64,000 bases of DNA from an uncultured Syntrophomonadaceae bacterium (GCA_964464625.1 CAYXKD010000002.1:32453-96452), one strand, 5' to 3'; counted from the stretch's first letter, positions 10,364 through 20,322 are shown. Numbers and translations: made by a program. The notes: a model not told the origin generated them from the letters alone.

Positions 10364-10546
10364 CTAAAAACAGCCCAGCTGGCAGCCGTAAATCTTGATC
10401 TTCTCCTCATCGCAGATCTTTCCCACATCCGCGGGCAGACACTCAAACTCTTCCGCCAGAGCAAAAGCCTTTTTGCATGACAGCCTCTTCTCCGGGGCCT
10501 CCTCAAGAACCCGTTTCAAAAGTTTCTCTTTCATTTTCTCCTCCAC
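10364..10546 (-). CDS. Small hypothetical Cys-containing protein (60 aa)
   Basis: ORF MEEKMKEKLLKRVLEEAPEK...KIYGCQLGCF. It is co-directional with and just downstream of the phosphoesterase gene. No family recognised. Confidence 0.35.
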   Translation of the reverse strand: MEEKMKEKLLKRVLEEAPEKRLSCKKAFALAEEFECLPADVGKICDEEKIKIYGCQLGCF

Positions 10547-10587
10547 TATTTTTCTGCTCCTTTCAATTCCGCCTCAGCTCAGATTCG

Positions 10588-11145
10588 CTAAAGGTAAATG
10601 ATCTCGCCGTAAATAGTGCTCCCCGGGTCAATATGGAGAATGCCGTAAGAAGGGCGCCCCGCCCACCGCGGATCCGTGCAGGATCCGGGATTGAACATGA
10701 GTGTGCCGTCTTCCCTGTATTCACAAAGCGGCTCGTGGCTGTGTCCGAAAAGGATCACCTGCGGCTGTAAGTCCCTGAAAGCCTCTTCAGCCCGCTTGCG
10801 AGGTGCCCTGCGCATCCCATCGCCATGGATCAGGCCGATCTGCAAGCTGCCCAGCTGAAGCAGTTTCCTGCGCCCAAGCCGCTTATGCAGATAGTGCGGA
10901 TCCATATTACCCGCCACCGCCACAAGAGGCGCCAGAGCCTCAAGCTCCACCAGGACGGTCTCGTCAACGAGATCTCCGGCATGCAGAATAAGATCCACCC
11001 CATCCAGTTGATCCAGCAAATCCGGCGGCAGGCAGCGGGCGCGCCGCGGCACATGGCTGTCCGAAACCACGCCGATCCGCTGCACCTCATCTTCAATCTT
11101 CACCGTAATAATGGATTTTTCCACTGCCTTGCCGGCTTTACGCAA
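10588..11145 (-). CDS. YfcE/MJ0936-family metallophosphoesterase (phosphodiesterase)
   Basis: 185 aa. GVVSDSHV, HAGDL and GHSHEP metal-binding motifs of the calcineurin-like phosphoesterase family. Confidence 0.8.
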   Translation of the reverse strand: MRKAGKAVEKSIITVKIEDEVQRIGVVSDSHVPRRARCLPPDLLDQLDGVDLILHAGDLVDETVLVELEALAPLVAVAGNMDPHYLHKRLGRRKLLQLGSLQIGLIHGDGMRRAPRKRAEEAFRDLQPQVILFGHSHEPLCEYREDGTLMFNPGSCTDPRWAGRPSYGILHIDPGSTIYGEIIYL

Positions 11146-11461
11146 AAAGTATCAATCCCCTCACAATATTCGCAAAATCAAAATGGCTGAACCGGGGCAG
11201 GCCATTACCGATACCGGAGCACAGCATCACAGCAAAACCGGTGAAATCATCTACTCCGCCTGGAGAAAATTATATAGCGAAGTGGCGTTCTATTGCAATA
11301 GCTTTCTCCATTCCCTTCCGGTTGAAAAGCGGTGCTGCCGGGCTTGCCGCCCCCGTTAAAGGTCCGAAACATGCACTGAAGCTGGCAGTTATCCCGCCGG
11401 TACAGAGTACAGCCATACTAAGAGCTGCCTGCCTTGCATAAACTCAGAAAGGGGAAATCAG

Positions 11462-13246
11462 TTGCCGGAAGGGATGTTTGGCGTGTCGCGAAGCAGGCGC
11501 AGTAAAAATAATCTTGAACAGCTGCTCTTTCTGGTCTGTTTTATTCTGCTGTTGTTAGCCCTTTCCAGAAGCCTGAACCGCTGCCGCAAACATCTTTCCA
11601 GCACGGAGGAAAATACTTTCATCCCACATCATGCCCTCTGTAAAAGAGACGATGAGGCTACTTTCGCCGATCATGAAGATTTGATCTGCTGGCTTCTCCC
11701 CTCCACATTAAAGGTGATCGAACCATCCCACTCAGGTGATGGAGAGTTGAATATTACACCCGGCATCACCATACAAAATGATGGCTCCGCCGGGTTTCTC
11801 TATGCTGCTCGCGGAGAATACGAATCGATCCAGCTGGTACTATACACAGATGGGGAAATCGCTCATCTGCCTGTCCAGTATCTACCCGCCGGCACAAAGC
11901 CCCTTCCTGAAGACTGGGTTAATATTTACCGGGTGCTCACAGTGAACACCCCGGGTGTTGCCAAGTGGGGCTTTCCCGAAAACAAACCGGAAAGACGCTG
12001 TACAGCCTATCCTGATCCGCTGCTGCCGCTTCAGGGGGCGCTCAGCCTTGAGCCCGGTGAATTTAAAGTTCTCTGGCTGAGCATCAATGTCCCCTGTAAC
12101 GCCGTCAGCGGTGAATATACTGGAGAGATATCGCTGGGAGGCGCCAGGGTGCCGCTGCACTTGAAGGTGTGGCCCTTTGCCATCCCCGGGGCCTCCACTT
12201 TGCGTACTGCCTTCGGATTGGGTGGAAAGGGATTTGCCAGCCACCACCAGGTAGCATACCGGTCAGACGAATACCAGGAAATATACCGCCTTTACTATGA
12301 TGCGCTGCTTGATTACAGGATAAATGCCTATCATCTCCCCTACGGCGGCGGGGGAGCGGGGGGATCCCTTCTCGATCCCAGGGCCAGGCCTTATCTAAAA
12401 GACGAAAGGGTGGGCGCATTTATCGGCTATTACCATCAAAATGAAGCCCTTATGGCAGAAACATGGGCTTATCTTGAGCAGCAGGGTGTCTTAGAGAAAG
12501 CCTGGATCTTTAACCTTGATGAACCGCTCACAGAGAAGGATTACTCCACCATCGAGAAACAGGCTGCTTACCTGGATAGGCTTATCCCAGAGATCCCCTA
12601 TGGAGTGACCTTTCATACCGGCCCGCCGTGGGATCAACAGAGTTCACCTTTTGATTACCTCAGTTCCTCGGTAGACCGTTGGATAATCCAGACCAATTAT
12701 TTTGTCCAGGGGCGGGGAAGAGAAGAAAGTTTTAAAGAACAGCTTGGCCAGGCTTATGAAGATGGAGATGAAGTCTGGCTCTATGTGTCTCTGGCCCCCC
12801 GCGAACCTTACTGCAACCTGCTGCTAAACAATGCAGCGCTGCAGCACCGCCTCTTACCATGGCAATGTTACAGTGCCGGTATTGTCAGCGGTTTCTTATA
12901 CTGGCAAACCACCTTCTGGGAGGAGACCTCCGATCCCTACAATGATCAGGCAACTGTGAAAAAACACGATCCCCATCTCTACGGTGACGGCTCCCTCTTT
13001 TACCCCGGCGCAGCAGTGGGTATGAACGGCCCGGTAGGCTCAATCCGGCTGCATAACCTGAGGGACGGACTGGAGGATTATGAATATTTGGTGCTGGCCG
13101 AGCAGGCCTTCGGCCGTGCCGAAACAATGGAACTTGTTGAGGCGATAAGCCCCTCCTTCGGCAATTACATCGAAGACCCTTTTCTTTTTGAAACAGTGAG
13201 ACAGAGCCTTGGGGAGAAGCTCTCCCGCTATTACGGCGGCGGCTAG
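11462..13246 (+). CDS. DUF4091-domain protein (GH123-like putative glycoside hydrolase), with N-terminal signal/TM
   Basis: 594 aa, TTG start with RBS. C-terminal blocks IFNLDEP, VWLYV, GDGSLFYPG and GSIRLHNLRDGLEDYEYL match the DUF4091/GH123 pattern as recalled. Confidence 0.5.
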   Translation: MPEGMFGVSRSRRSKNNLEQLLFLVCFILLLLALSRSLNRCRKHLSSTEENTFIPHHALCKRDDEATFADHEDLICWLLPSTLKVIEPSHSGDGELNITPGITIQNDGSAGFLYAARGEYESIQLVLYTDGEIAHLPVQYLPAGTKPLPEDWVNIYRVLTVNTPGVAKWGFPENKPERRCTAYPDPLLPLQGALSLEPGEFKVLWLSINVPCNAVSGEYTGEISLGGARVPLHLKVWPFAIPGASTLRTAFGLGGKGFASHHQVAYRSDEYQEIYRLYYDALLDYRINAYHLPYGGGGAGGSLLDPRARPYLKDERVGAFIGYYHQNEALMAETWAYLEQQGVLEKAWIFNLDEPLTEKDYSTIEKQAAYLDRLIPEIPYGVTFHTGPPWDQQSSPFDYLSSSVDRWIIQTNYFVQGRGREESFKEQLGQAYEDGDEVWLYVSLAPREPYCNLLLNNAALQHRLLPWQCYSAGIVSGFLYWQTTFWEETSDPYNDQATVKKHDPHLYGDGSLFYPGAAVGMNGPVGSIRLHNLRDGLEDYEYLVLAEQAFGRAETMELVEAISPSFGNYIEDPFLFETVRQSLGEKLSRYYGGG

Positions 13247-13469
13247 CGACAATTAAAGACCTCTTGCCGCGCAACCTGCACGATGGCATTGAAAAAATTG
13301 AAAAGAGCCTCTCCCTGCATTGCGCAGGCAAAAGAGCCAACAGGAAAAATAAATCATTGCGGTGGGATAAATTATTTTCATCAAAAAGAGGAAAGGCCTC
13401 CGCCGGGGCGAACATTTACCTGTTGAACATATTATCATAAAACAGCAGGCGAAAGAGGTTTAAGATCCC

Positions 13470-14261
13470 TTGATCCTTGATTTTCTAAAGGGTATGGCTG
13501 TTGGAATTGCCTTTGTTCTGCCCGGCATAAGCGCCGGAACAGTCATCCTTATTCTCGGCTTTTACAAACAATTCATTGATGATATCTCCAGATTCCACCT
13601 GCGGCCCTACCTGCCCCATCTTTGCGGCGGTGCTTTGGCCGCCCTGGCCGGTGTTAAGATCATCGCCTATCTCCTGGAAAATTGCAAAGACCTGCTGCTC
13701 GCCTTTTTGCTGGGCCTGCTGGTTGCCTCTCTTCGTGTAATCCTGTTCCAGGAGGGTAAAATGATCAAATTCCGCCCCCTCACTGTTCTCGCCGGTATTG
13801 CCGGCTTTTTGGTGGCCTGGTTTGCCTTCAGCAATCCCGGCCCGGGCTGGAGCCCCTTGCCCGCCGTTTCCATCTATCACTTCTTTGCCGGCGGCGCCGT
13901 GGCCGGAGCCACCATGATCCTGCCGGGAATTTCCGGCAGTTCATCCCTGGTGATCATGAACATGTACGACGATGTCATCTTTGCAGTGAATCACTGGGAG
14001 TGGCTGAATCTCGCTGTTTTTACCGCCGGGGCGCTGCTGGGTATCTTTGGGCTGGCCCGCCTTCTCTCCGCCCTGTACAGGCGCTATCAGGAGGCCCTCT
14101 CCCTGGTGCTGACGGGCCTGGTCCTCGGTTCAATCCGTTCCCTTTTGCCCTCATCGTTTAGCGCCGGCGTCCTTATTGCAGCCCTTGCCGGAGCCGCTAT
14201 CGTGCTGGCCCTGACTATCCCCCGCCGCCCCAAAAGCGGTGAAAAAACTATTTCCCCCTAG
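13470..14261 (+). CDS. DUF368-domain integral membrane protein
   Basis: 263 aa. Two internally repeated halves each carry VLPGISAGT and ILPGISGSSS motifs typical of DUF368. Confidence 0.7.
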   Translation: MILDFLKGMAVGIAFVLPGISAGTVILILGFYKQFIDDISRFHLRPYLPHLCGGALAALAGVKIIAYLLENCKDLLLAFLLGLLVASLRVILFQEGKMIKFRPLTVLAGIAGFLVAWFAFSNPGPGWSPLPAVSIYHFFAGGAVAGATMILPGISGSSSLVIMNMYDDVIFAVNHWEWLNLAVFTAGALLGIFGLARLLSALYRRYQEALSLVLTGLVLGSIRSLLPSSFSAGVLIAALAGAAIVLALTIPRRPKSGEKTISP

Positions 14262-14416
14262 ACAGACAACAAACAATCCCCTGCAATCCCCTGCACCCGC
14301 CGCCCTCCTTATCCGTCCCTCTGCACACCCTTTGCCCTCCCTCCCCAGCCGGGTAAATTCTTTGCGGCAACAGCATCACACTGTCAGGAAGCACTGCATT
14401 TTAATTCTTTTATAAT

Positions 14417-14440
14417 AAAAAAGCCCCCGCAGGGGCTTCA
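14417..14440 (-). terminator. Intrinsic terminator downstream of the glucosaminidase gene (may also act bidirectionally)
   Basis: AAAAAA-GCCCC-CGCA-GGGGC-TTCAG. On the minus strand the hairpin is followed by TTTTTT. Confidence 0.55.
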
Positions 14441-14461
14441 GTTATCTATATTCCATATTTA

Positions 14462-16384
14462 CTATTCTTGATAGCGCGGTATATCAAAAGTAAGACTGTA
14501 GCTGTCAAGCATGTCGTAGAGATTTCTGATCCGCGAAACCTGCTTGGCCGCCCAGCCCATGTCAGTGGCATACTGGTGTGTCCCCGGCGAATTGGGGTTC
14601 CAGCGCATTTTGTAAAGAGTATTCTGACTATAGGAGGGGTGATTCACGTAACTGGCCGAGGCAAACTTTGCCCCGCCCAGAATCGCCGCTTCCGGTGTGA
14701 ACCAGCGCTCCTGGTAAGCCCTTAAAGCGCCGTAATAGTTGGGGTTGCTGTCGTAGGCCCCGATACCGAACATATTATAGACTTTCACAGTCCCTTGACC
14801 AGGGAAAAGGTTATCCTGATCGGGAAAGTCCGATCCGTTGGCCAACGCGCTGGTGCCGTTTCCTGTCTCATGCAGCGCCAGGGAGACGAGAAAGATCTCA
14901 TTGATATTGTTATCCCGGCTCGCCTGCATAAAGTGAGCGCCTGTCCCATTGAGGATTCCCTTGCCGGAGAGAATCCTATCCAGATCCGCTACTGTCGAGC
15001 CTGCGCTGCCGGAAAGCAGCAAAAACTGAAACATGGAGGTAACAGAAAAAGATCCGTCAACAACCTGGCAGTATTTACCGCAGACCCATCCTTCCCTGTC
15101 GCTCACCCTGATCTTATACCAGACACCTTCGCTGCCCGGTTCGGTGCCCCCTTCAGCCTCAGCCTGTCCCAGAATGGGATAGACCTCGTTCTGCCATACG
15201 CTCATAAGATTGCCGCCGGCATCTTTCAGCTGGGGGCTCCCGGTGGTGGGCCGCTCCCGGAGCCTTAAATTCGGTTCGGCAAGAATGCGAATTGACGCCG
15301 CCCCGCTGCCGGTATAATTCATATCAATAAAGTTGTAGGGATCAATGTAGCAGGCCACATCCTCCCGCAGGGCCCTTTGCCAGCCGCCTCCGTAGCTATC
15401 TGTCACCGGCGGGCTTCCCGAAGCCATCTGGATATCAATCATCCGGTTAAGGGTATATCCGTAGCGGCTAAAATTGACTGTACACCCCGAACGGATGGAG
15501 ACGGCGCCGAGATAAACAATGCGCTGCAGCTCTTTAAGAGAAGCAAAAGGCTTTAGCGGCAGTAGCCGCGAACCCAATTGATCCTGCTCCGCCGCCGTCA
15601 GGCTGAAACGTCCCAAACCGAGCCCGAGCACAGCATCATACTCAAGCAAGGCATTTTTCATATCAGCGGCGCTGGAAGCCCCATTCACCGCCTGCATGCC
15701 TTTATCCGCTGTGGGCTTTGCCGCCGCCACCGCAGCGTTGAAGGCGCCTTTAAACTGCTCCAGGGAGCCAAACCCCTGCCCCGGTCTTTGAGCCAGCACC
15801 TCATTTAAAACAGCAGTCTGTTTATCGCGGTTGAGCCGGTTATAATCAGCCAGGTTCAGGCCCAGCTGCGAGCCCCAGGAGATAACCAGCGCCTCCAGAT
15901 CACCGGCGCTGGCAGCACCGTTCAGCTCAGCCAGGATATCGACTGTCGCATCAATTGTTTTCTCCGTAAACAATAGATTACCATCATCACCCCTAGTGAC
16001 AACATAAATCTTTTTGGGCATAATTGCCATTTTTGACTCGTTGCTAGAAGTGTAAGCATTACAATCGAAAGATCTTTTGCTAAAGACGGCATCAATGTAA
16101 GCATCCAGAACATCTTCATAATCTATGTAACCCCTGGTACTGTCGAACAGCGCTACAACACCTGCTGTCTCACACTTGTAATACTCATAAAAAGGAGCAG
16201 GATCGCCAAGTATATATATCACATATGAATCTATAAGATCTTCATAATTCATTTCATAATATTTGCCGTCCTTACCCTTCAAAACATAATCCTCCACTGC
16301 TGCCAAAGCCGAAGTACCTGCTATAACCAAGAGCAGTCCAATTAGAATGGAAAGTATAATTCTAGGAATCTTATATCTAATCAT
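14462..16384 (-). CDS. Cell wall hydrolase with a C-terminal mannosyl-glycoprotein endo-beta-N-acetylglucosaminidase (glucosaminidase) domain
   Basis: 640 aa. N-terminal signal peptide. C-terminal FLVSLALHETGNGTSALA...NMFGIGAYDSNP matches the glucosaminidase (LytD/FlgJ-type) domain. A central GWVCGKYCQV segment suggests an SH3b-like module. Confidence 0.75.
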   Translation of the reverse strand: MIRYKIPRIILSILIGLLLVIAGTSALAAVEDYVLKGKDGKYYEMNYEDLIDSYVIYILGDPAPFYEYYKCETAGVVALFDSTRGYIDYEDVLDAYIDAVFSKRSFDCNAYTSSNESKMAIMPKKIYVVTRGDDGNLLFTEKTIDATVDILAELNGAASAGDLEALVISWGSQLGLNLADYNRLNRDKQTAVLNEVLAQRPGQGFGSLEQFKGAFNAAVAAAKPTADKGMQAVNGASSAADMKNALLEYDAVLGLGLGRFSLTAAEQDQLGSRLLPLKPFASLKELQRIVYLGAVSIRSGCTVNFSRYGYTLNRMIDIQMASGSPPVTDSYGGGWQRALREDVACYIDPYNFIDMNYTGSGAASIRILAEPNLRLRERPTTGSPQLKDAGGNLMSVWQNEVYPILGQAEAEGGTEPGSEGVWYKIRVSDREGWVCGKYCQVVDGSFSVTSMFQFLLLSGSAGSTVADLDRILSGKGILNGTGAHFMQASRDNNINEIFLVSLALHETGNGTSALANGSDFPDQDNLFPGQGTVKVYNMFGIGAYDSNPNYYGALRAYQERWFTPEAAILGGAKFASASYVNHPSYSQNTLYKMRWNPNSPGTHQYATDMGWAAKQVSRIRNLYDMLDSYSLTFDIPRYQE

Positions 16385-16414
16385 TTTTTAGCACATCATT
16401 CCTATATGTGTTTG

Positions 16415-17830
16415 TCACTTAATGATAACGTTCTCTCTTCTGGCAAGATTCTCCGGCACTACTCCCCTAAAAACATTACTACTGGGTCTATATGTTAATG
16501 GTTCATCGTGACCCTTAATAAAAACACTATGTTTTTCCGGTTCATGTATTATTACGATTACCAAACGTTCACCAGGTAGGACTGGCGCTCCATCCTCAGG
16601 ACCCAATGACTGAAAACTAATTAATGGATCTACTGGATCCACCGGCTTCGGATCTTTAGGCGGCTCCTGGGGAGCAGCCGGTGTCCCGGGTGACGGCGCC
16701 GGCTCCTCTTTCTTAGGTTTCTGTGCAGTGCTGTCCTTTTCCGTTGCCTTTGTCTTCGGCTTTTCAACCGGGTGCTCTTCCCCGCCCACCATCGCCTTGA
16801 TCCCCCCGGCCAGCTCCACCTTGCCGGGCTTCTGCTCAATAGCAACGCCGGACACGTTGATCTTGACATGCCCGATGGAACCGCTGCCGGTGACCTCACC
16901 GGCGCCGTTAAACTCCATATATTCGGCCGCTGCCCCTTCTGGCAGGTGGATCATCACGGTTCCCTCCGAAGGATCTACAAACAGTGCATCCATATTGCCT
17001 GCAGCAAACTCAAGAAAGATCCCCAGTCCGGCGGCGCTGATTTTCTCCACATTGCCGGAAATCTTGCACAGTCCCGGGGAGTTAATAGTAATCTCTAAGA
17101 TTGTACCCTCGCCGGACAGCTCCAAAGGTGCCCCCGGCAGCAGCGATTCGATGCTCACCCCGTCTTTCAGATCGATAAGAGCATCTTCCGCCTCTTTACC
17201 GGTGCAGAGGCTCTTCACCAGACCCGCCAGGAATGTAACCCTTGCTTCCGGTTCGGTCACGCAAACAGTTTCAAAATCCCCTTCAAGCTCAATTTCCGCC
17301 GCAGTTTCTATGTAAATTTCACCGACCCGCCCCTCACCGGAAAGAGCGCTCGCTGAAAGGGAGGATTCGCCCAGAATGGTGATCTTCTTCACAACGGTGT
17401 TCCCCTTAAGAACAACCCGCACCTTACCCCCTTCCCTGTTGATCACCAGATGGTTGATCGTCGCATCTTCAAAGACCACGGTATCTTCGCCGCCGCCCTG
17501 GACCATTACAGTATCTTCCACCACAACCCTGACCAGATCCACACAACCATCCCCGATGGCTGCCGTTAGAATAAGGTCATCTGTAACCCTGGTGTTCTGC
17601 AGTGTTACCCCGGGGGCAGTGATCATCAATGGGCCCTCCACTACTTCCATATCTAAGGGCCCATATGTACCTGGTTCTCTAATCTCCTTAAGCTGCTGCC
17701 AGCCCAGCACCTGGTCTACCCTGCTTCTACCGCCGGGACTGATTAATAAATAGAGGTTCAGGCAAAGTGATAATATCAGGAAAATATAGATGAACGGCGA
17801 ATAATTAAATTGTGTCTTTTTTTTGCGCAT
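16415..17830 (-). CDS. Membrane-anchored beta-strand-rich protein with a Pro/acidic C-terminal tail. Paralog 1 of a tandem pair, possibly DUF4097/LiaG-like.
   Basis: Start moved to the second in-frame ATG (MRKKKTQFNYSP...), which has an AAGGAGAGG RBS. It has a KR-rich N-terminus plus TM. The ~300-aa conserved core (QLKEIREPGTYGP...ISGNVEKISAAG...) is ~60% identical to the downstream paralog. The tail is P/E/K-rich. Confidence 0.6.
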   Translation of the reverse strand: MRKKKTQFNYSPFIYIFLILSLCLNLYLLISPGGRSRVDQVLGWQQLKEIREPGTYGPLDMEVVEGPLMITAPGVTLQNTRVTDDLILTAAIGDGCVDLVRVVVEDTVMVQGGGEDTVVFEDATINHLVINREGGKVRVVLKGNTVVKKITILGESSLSASALSGEGRVGEIYIETAAEIELEGDFETVCVTEPEARVTFLAGLVKSLCTGKEAEDALIDLKDGVSIESLLPGAPLELSGEGTILEITINSPGLCKISGNVEKISAAGLGIFLEFAAGNMDALFVDPSEGTVMIHLPEGAAAEYMEFNGAGEVTGSGSIGHVKINVSGVAIEQKPGKVELAGGIKAMVGGEEHPVEKPKTKATEKDSTAQKPKKEEPAPSPGTPAAPQEPPKDPKPVDPVDPLISFQSLGPEDGAPVLPGERLVIVIIHEPEKHSVFIKGHDEPLTYRPSSNVFRGVVPENLARRENVIIK

Positions 17831-17870
17831 GGCTTTTGCCCTCTCCTTAGAATTGGTCAGATCCATCCTT

Positions 17871-17905
17871 AGACACTATTAGACAATTTAAGACAGATCC
17901 CTGCT
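17871..17905 (-). promoter_or_regulatory. Three TGTCTAA-type direct repeats with 10-bp phasing in the promoter of paralog 1
   Basis: The minus strand reads TGTCTTAAAT-TGTCTAATAG-TGTCTAAGGA, 40-75 nt upstream of the ATG. A single TGTCTAATA copy is conserved upstream of paralog 2. Confidence 0.25.
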
Positions 17906-18036
17906 TTTTTTCAAAGTTATTTTCTTACAATAACTGGTGGGAGTTTAAACAGCAGAATAGTAAAGGAGTAAAGAAGCGTTCTAATCAGGCAAGCAATGCG
18001 ATCAGCAAGAGAAGAGGGAGCTGAGAATGTTGACTT

Positions 18037-19359
18037 TCACTCACCCTCATCCTGTTCTCCACCCTCATCATCGTCCCCATTAGTAGGAGGGGGGTCATTA
18101 TCCCCGGAATCTCCCGATCCGTCACCCTGGGAATTCTCATCCCCATTGTCGGGTTCGGGCGGGGGCCAGTATTCATCAGGATCGGGGCTTTCCGGGGGCG
18201 GCGCGGGTGGCGGACTTTCCGGCGCCGCTGGAGCCGGCTTCTGCTGCGCAGTTCCCTTACCCGTTGTTTCCTTATCCGAATCTTCATCGCCCAGATCCTC
18301 GCCGGCTACCACCGCCTTGATCCCCTCTGCCAGTTCAACTTTGCCGGGCTTCTGCTCAATAACAACACCGGACACATTGATCCTGACCTGCTCAATAGAA
18401 CCGCCTCCGGTGACCTCGGCAGCTCCGTTAAATTCCATATATTTAACCGCGACAGCTTCCGCCAGTTGAATCATCACCGTACCTTCCGTGGGATCCACAG
18501 GATCCACAACAACTGTATCGAAATTGCCCGACGCAAAATCAAGAATTACCCCCGCTTCGCCGGCACTTATCTTTTCCACGTTACCGGAAATTTTGCAAAG
18601 ACCCGGAGAGAGCACCGTAATTACTTTGATTGTTCCCTCACCTGACAGCTCCAGGGGCGCTCCAACCTCCAGCAACTCGATGACAACCCCATCTTTCAGA
18701 TCGATAAGAGCATCTTCAGCGTCTTTACCGGTGCGAAGACTTTCCACCTCTCCCTTTAAAATTGTCACCTTCGCCTCAGATGTCTTCACGCAAAGAGTAG
18801 CAAAGTCTCCCTCAAGCTCAACTTCCGCCGGAGTCTCCACTGAGAGTTCACCTACCCGGCCCTTACCGGAAAGACCTGCAGTACAAAGGGAAGCCCCCTC
18901 CAAGATGGTAATTTTCCGCACAATGGTATCTCCCTTGAGGACAACGCGCACCCTGCCATCAACCCTGTTGATCACTAGATGGTTGATATCGGCATCCTCA
19001 AACAGCACCGTCTCTTCTCCGCCGCCCTGGACCAGAGCGGAATTCTCCACAATCACATTAACCAGATCAACAGAGCCGTCACCAATGGCTGCTGTAAGGA
19101 TGAGGTCCTCTGTAACCCTGGTGTTCTGCAAAGTAACCCCCGGTGCACTGATCCTTAACGGTCCCTTCACAACTTCCATATCTGAAGGGCCGTACGTACC
19201 CGGCTCCCAGATTTCTCTGAGCTGCTGCCAACTCAGCACCTGCGCCTCCCCGTTTTGATTATAAAATTTGATTATGAAATAGGTATTCAGGCAAAGAGAT
19301 AAAATCAGGAAGATTTGGAGCAACATCGAGTAATTAAATACAAACTTTCTTTTTCGCAT
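18037..19359 (-). CDS. Membrane-anchored beta-strand-rich protein with an acidic Pro-rich tail. Paralog 2 of the tandem pair.
   Basis: Start at the second ATG (MRKRKFVFNYS...) with a GGGAGAAGGAAAG RBS. The core is homologous to paralog 1. The C-terminal tail is E/D/P/G-rich. Confidence 0.6.
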   Translation of the reverse strand: MRKRKFVFNYSMLLQIFLILSLCLNTYFIIKFYNQNGEAQVLSWQQLREIWEPGTYGPSDMEVVKGPLRISAPGVTLQNTRVTEDLILTAAIGDGSVDLVNVIVENSALVQGGGEETVLFEDADINHLVINRVDGRVRVVLKGDTIVRKITILEGASLCTAGLSGKGRVGELSVETPAEVELEGDFATLCVKTSEAKVTILKGEVESLRTGKDAEDALIDLKDGVVIELLEVGAPLELSGEGTIKVITVLSPGLCKISGNVEKISAGEAGVILDFASGNFDTVVVDPVDPTEGTVMIQLAEAVAVKYMEFNGAAEVTGGGSIEQVRINVSGVVIEQKPGKVELAEGIKAVVAGEDLGDEDSDKETTGKGTAQQKPAPAAPESPPPAPPPESPDPDEYWPPPEPDNGDENSQGDGSGDSGDNDPPPTNGDDDEGGEQDEGE

Positions 19360-19584
19360 AACTCTTTCCTTCTCCCTGGAAGTATCAGAATCCTCCCAGC
19401 AAATATTAGACATTTCCAGAAAGATCCCTGCATTTTCTTAAAATGTTACTCGATTTTGACTTCAAAGTCCTTGTCATATATGAGAGCGCACATTGACTCG
19501 ATTTTATGACAAAGCTAACATATGATGTTTTGGAAAAAGCGGCACCTCTTTTGGGGTGTTCTGTGGAATACTTAACTGATGAAG

Positions 19585-20163
19585 TTATTTCAACAGGGGG
19601 CATTTGCACTGGAAACAGTAGTCGTTGGCGATACTGTTAAAGCTTCCGCAGGCGTTGCAGGGGAGGTGTTGCGACCCGCGCTTATCGTATTTCTCCAGCG
19701 TTTTCAGCCCTGCATGATGGCGCACCCGATCACCGATCTTGTAATAGTCGTACAGCGCTTCACCGGTTACTTTTACTCTATGCTTTCTGCCGCTGTCGCT
19801 GCGGACGTAGATAAAATACACAAGATAGCTGGAACCACCTTCGTGATGTTCATTCCTTCTCTTTATCTTTTTATCCTCCACCGTGCCGTCCCAGGTCTTG
19901 CTCATTTGACGCCCCAGAAACTGAAAAAAAGCGATGGCCAGAAAGAATATCCCGAAAAGGATCCCGATGATGATGGAGCCGGGATTGCTCATCCCGCTGC
20001 CGATCTCACCGTAAATGTAAAAACCGACAATAGAGAGAACTGCCAGGAGCAGCGCGCCTACAGTAAAGTAACGCCCCGTTTTTTTAAGGTAGCGGAAGAA
20101 AGCCGGATCGGTGATTTTTAACGAATAGCCTATACCGGGTCCTTTTGCGGCGGCGCTCATATA
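19585..20163 (-). CDS. Membrane protein with a C-terminal zinc-ribbon (CxxC...CxxC)
   Basis: Start chosen at ATG 20163 (MSAAAKGPG...), preceded by a perfect AAGGAGG RBS. It has two TM helices and C-terminal CNACGSF...CFQCKC. Confidence 0.5.
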   Translation of the reverse strand, partial: YMSAAAKGPGIGYSLKITDPAFFRYLKKTGRYFTVGALLLAVLSIVGFYIYGEIGSGMSNPGSIIIGILFGIFFLAIAFFQFLGRQMSKTWDGTVEDKKIKRRNEHHEGGSSYLVYFIYVRSDSGRKHRVKVTGEALYDYYKIGDRVRHHAGLKTLEKYDKRGSQHLPCNACGSFNSIANDYCFQCKCPLLK

Positions 20164-20247
20164 AAAACCTCCTTCATTAATGATATTTATTGATCGGGAG
20201 CAGCTCAATAGTCCGATTTTTGGACCTCAAATCAAAAATATCAGCCC

Positions 20248-20322
20248 GTCACGCCGGGGTCATCACCCGAAAAGGGTGAAAGTATAGAAAACACCTCACC
20301 TTTTTCGGGTGAGGGCGTGAGC
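20248..20322. promoter_or_regulatory. Pair of 17-bp palindromes (TCACCC-N5-GGGTGA) in inverted orientation, ~33 bp centre to centre. Candidate operator in a divergent promoter region.
   Basis: TCACGCC...TCACCCGAAAAGGGTGA at 20250-20279 and CTCACCTTTTTCGGGTGAGGGCGTGA at 20296-20320. The arms are mutual reverse complements. They lie between the zinc-ribbon membrane protein (-) and wecB (+). Confidence 0.3.

Noticed and set aside
20164-20208. Upstream extension of the zinc-ribbon membrane protein ORF (start at 20208)
   Set aside because: The in-frame ATG at 20163 is preceded by a canonical AAGGAGG RBS at ideal spacing. The extension itself encodes that RBS (..NEGGFY..).
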